Made by a program: the position numbers and the translations under genes. Below are positions 25,078 to 26,337 of a DNA stretch of 26,337 nucleotides, one piece after another (position 1 is the stretch's first letter; each line of letters starts with the position of its first letter). The stretch is from the NCBI GenBank assembly GCA_040391885.1, contig JBEBXB010000001.1, positions 1 to 26,337 on the forward strand. The letters are read 5' to 3'. The stretch is from Conexibacter woesei (GTDB lineage Bacteria; Actinomycetota; Thermoleophilia; Solirubrobacterales; 70-9). The notes under the pieces were generated by a model. The model worked only from the letters and a program-made list of their open reading frames with translations. It was not told the origin of the DNA and did not search any database.

Positions 25078-25554
25078 TCAGAGCAGCCCGAAGGAGGCCA
25101 GCCAGGCGACCGGCACCGTGCCGACCGCGAGGAAAGGAGCCAGCGGCAACGTGGTGCGGGATGGCGGGGTGCGGGTGGCCAGGGAGATCATCGCGCCGGT
25201 CAAAGCGGCGAGGCCGAGAGCCGGCAGCACAGCCGCCCAGGCCGTGATCCCGAGGTAGATGCCGATCACCCCGACCAGCTTGACGTCGCCCATCCCCATC
25301 CCCTCCGGGCGGGCCAGCGCGACGATCAGCAACGGCAAGGCGGCCATGAGTCCAAGGAGGGCGGCCATCAGCATCCCGGACGCGCCTGCCTCGATGGCCG
25401 CGACGATCAGGCCGAGGGCCCCGGCTGCCCCGGTGAGCAGGTTGGGGATCACCCTTCGGCGAAGATCGGTGACCGAGGCGGCGGCCACGGTGGAGGTCAG
25501 CAGCGTAGCCGCGAGCAGCGTCGCAAAATGTGAGCTGTCGTTCGCCTCGATCAC
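25078..25554 (-). CDS. A24 family prepilin peptidase (short TadV/CpaA type)
   Basis: Both catalytic Asp motifs (TDLRRRVIPN and GMGDVKL) and C-terminal LPLAPFL are present. The protein is hydrophobic and lacks the N-terminal Zn/methylase domain. The GTG start is uncertain. Confidence 0.88.
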   Translation of the reverse strand: MIEANDSSHFATLLAATLLTSTVAAASVTDLRRRVIPNLLTGAAGALGLIVAAIEAGASGMLMAALLGLMAALPLLIVALARPEGMGMGDVKLVGVIGIYLGITAWAAVLPALGLAALTGAMISLATRTPPSRTTLPLAPFLAVGTVPVAWLASFGLL

Positions 25555-25639
25555 CTGACTTCATCGTGGCTGGATTTAGCTCACAGGTGTTGCGACAAGC
25601 GCGAATTTTCGGTGACGTCGATCCAAAGCAGCTGCAACG

Positions 25640-25662
25640 AAAACCGGCCCCGAGGGGCCGGT
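25640..25662 (-). terminator. Intrinsic terminator downstream of rpoD
   Basis: On the minus strand, ACCGGCCCC-TC-GGGGCCGGT is a perfect stem running into TTTT. Confidence 0.8.
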
Positions 25663-25707
25663 GAACGTTTCGCTCTGAGCTCGCCAGCGCGGAGCTGACA
25701 AGGATTT

Positions 25708-25760
25708 CCACCGGGAAGGTCGCGATAGTGCCCCGGCACGTGAGCCGGCCTTCCCGGTGG
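25708..25760. repeat. Perfect 12-bp inverted repeat CCACCGGGAAGG...CCTTCCCGGTGG around a 29-nt structured loop
   Basis: Arms read directly at 25708-25719 and 25749-25760. Confidence 0.9.
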
Positions 25761-25797
25761 TACTGACGCAGTCAGCGTCGCACTGGTGAACTCAGGC

Positions 25798-26337
25798 TCA
25801 GGTGGCTTCGCGGAGCTTCTGGGCCTCGTTCAGGCTCTGAAGCTTCTTCAGCGACTGGTTCTCGATCTGACGGATTCGCTCACGGGTGACGTTGAAGGTC
25901 CTTCCGACCTCGTCCAGGGTCCGGGGATGCTCGCCGCCGAGCCCGTAACGGAGCTCGAGCACGCGACGCTCGCGGTAGGAGAGGTTCTCCAGCGATTCCT
26001 TCAGCGCTTCCTTGGTCAGCAGGTCGGCCGCACGGTCGAACGGCGACTCGGCCTTCTCGTCGGCGATGAACTGGCCGAACTCGGACTCCTCTTCGTCGCC
26101 GACCGGCTTCTCCAGCGAGACCGGAGACTGGGCGGAACGCTTGATCGAGTCGACCTCTTCGGGATCGATGCCGGTCACTTCGGCGATCTCCTCCGGGGTG
26201 GGCTCGCGGCCCAGCTCCGTGACGAGCTTGCGCTCGGCGCGGCCGATCTTGTTCAGCTTCTCGACCACGTGGACCGGGATGCGGATGGTGCGGGCCTTGT
26301 CGGCCAGCGCCCGGGCGATCGCCTGACGGATCCACCA
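25798..26337 (-). CDS. rpoD: RNA polymerase sigma-70 factor RpoD/SigA, regions 2.4-4 (5' end lies outside the window)
   Basis: Motifs WWIRQAIARALADKARTIRIPVH, LGREPTPEEIA, PVSLEKPVG and RTLDEVG..FNVTRERIRQIE. A group-2 paralogue cannot be excluded from this fragment. Confidence 0.9.
   Translation of the reverse strand, partial: WWIRQAIARALADKARTIRIPVHVVEKLNKIGRAERKLVTELGREPTPEEIAEVTGIDPEEVDSIKRSAQSPVSLEKPVGDEEESEFGQFIADEKAESPFDRAADLLTKEALKESLENLSYRERRVLELRYGLGGEHPRTLDEVGRTFNVTRERIRQIENQSLKKLQSLNEAQKLREAT

Noticed and set aside
24967-25533. 188-aa plus-strand ORF as a possible divergent HxlR target
   Set aside because: It is an Arg/Gly-rich antisense shadow of the prepilin peptidase with no domain features.
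25555-25797. c-di-GMP or c-di-AMP riboswitch, SRP RNA or 6C RNA upstream of the prepilin peptidase
   Set aside because: I could not find their hallmark motifs by eye on either strand. An Rfam search is needed to exclude them formally.

Overview
High-GC actinobacterial chromosome segment. The protein style suggests Thermoleophilia/Solirubrobacterales, which is inference and was not tested. I support 22 CDSs and see no rRNA, tRNA, CRISPR array or mobile element. Left to right: (1) partial acyl-CoA dehydrogenase; (2) a minus-strand meaB - PRC-barrel - DHFR-like operon; (3) a cluster resembling the mycobacterial methylglucose lipopolysaccharide (MGLP) locus, with homologues of Rv3034c, Rv3032, Rv3031, Rv3030 and Rv3038c, interrupted by a MarR + DrrAB-type ABC module; (4) a tightly coupled minus-strand operon of orphan ParA, FtsZ with a ~170-aa N-terminal extension, GGT and an Rv1264-like adenylyl cyclase; (5) a divergent ArsA/GET3-like ATPase pair; (6) a 639-aa unknown protein with an apparently inactivated ApeA-like HEPN motif; (7) two tandem secreted delta-60 beta-propeller/RTX-repeat proteins; (8) an HxlR regulator, an A24 prepilin peptidase and the 3' part of rpoD. 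The strongest candidate for an undescribed system is the ParA-FtsZ pair, where FtsZ appears to carry its own ParA-partner-like N-terminal peptide. The second is the MGLP-like cluster. All homology statements come from recognising motifs by eye and from memory; no database search was run.
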